A stretch of 64,000 nucleotides of DNA from Glaucostegus cemiculus (lineage: Eukaryota). This document shows positions 63,951-64,000 of the stretch, one piece after another. The first letter of the stretch is position 1; each line of letters opens with the position of its first letter. The position numbers and the translations under genes are program-made. The stretch lies in contig CDPCPM010000231.1 of the NCBI GenBank assembly GCA_976551045.1, positions 62,001-126,000 on the forward strand. The letters are read 5' to 3'. The notes beneath the pieces are model-generated. The model saw nothing but the letters and a program-made list of their open reading frames with translations, was not told where the DNA came from and ran no database searches.

Positions 63951-64000
63951 TCAAATTGTGATAATAAATACTGGAGAAACTGGACAGGGCAACCAACATC

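Overview
Eukaryotic (vertebrate) genomic DNA, not prokaryotic. The repeat content (CR1, Rex1/Babar, RTE and Tx1 LINE fragments, V-SINEs, Deu-SINEs, Penelope-derived palindromic elements) points to a cartilaginous fish; this is an inference. The window holds one complete plus-strand gene, the Na+/sulfate cotransporter slc13a4. I reconstructed 15 phase-consistent GT-AG coding exons by hand from ATG 1107 to TAA 58171 (1869 nt, 622 aa), preceded by a CpG-rich promoter at about 370-620. Most ORFs in the supplied track are spurious, exon read-throughs or TE remnants. The most notable non-genic signal is a dispersed set of Penelope-associated minimal hammerhead-ribozyme motifs in the introns, including a tandem pair at 2492-2568 and a copy attached to a GIY-YIG remnant. 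Also notable are a near-perfect 58-bp hairpin, candidate alternative micro-exons in the cytoplasmic loop, and degenerate minisatellites and local duplications. I found no convincing evidence of a wholly new biological system. TE boundaries and family names are by-eye estimates from recalled consensus features.
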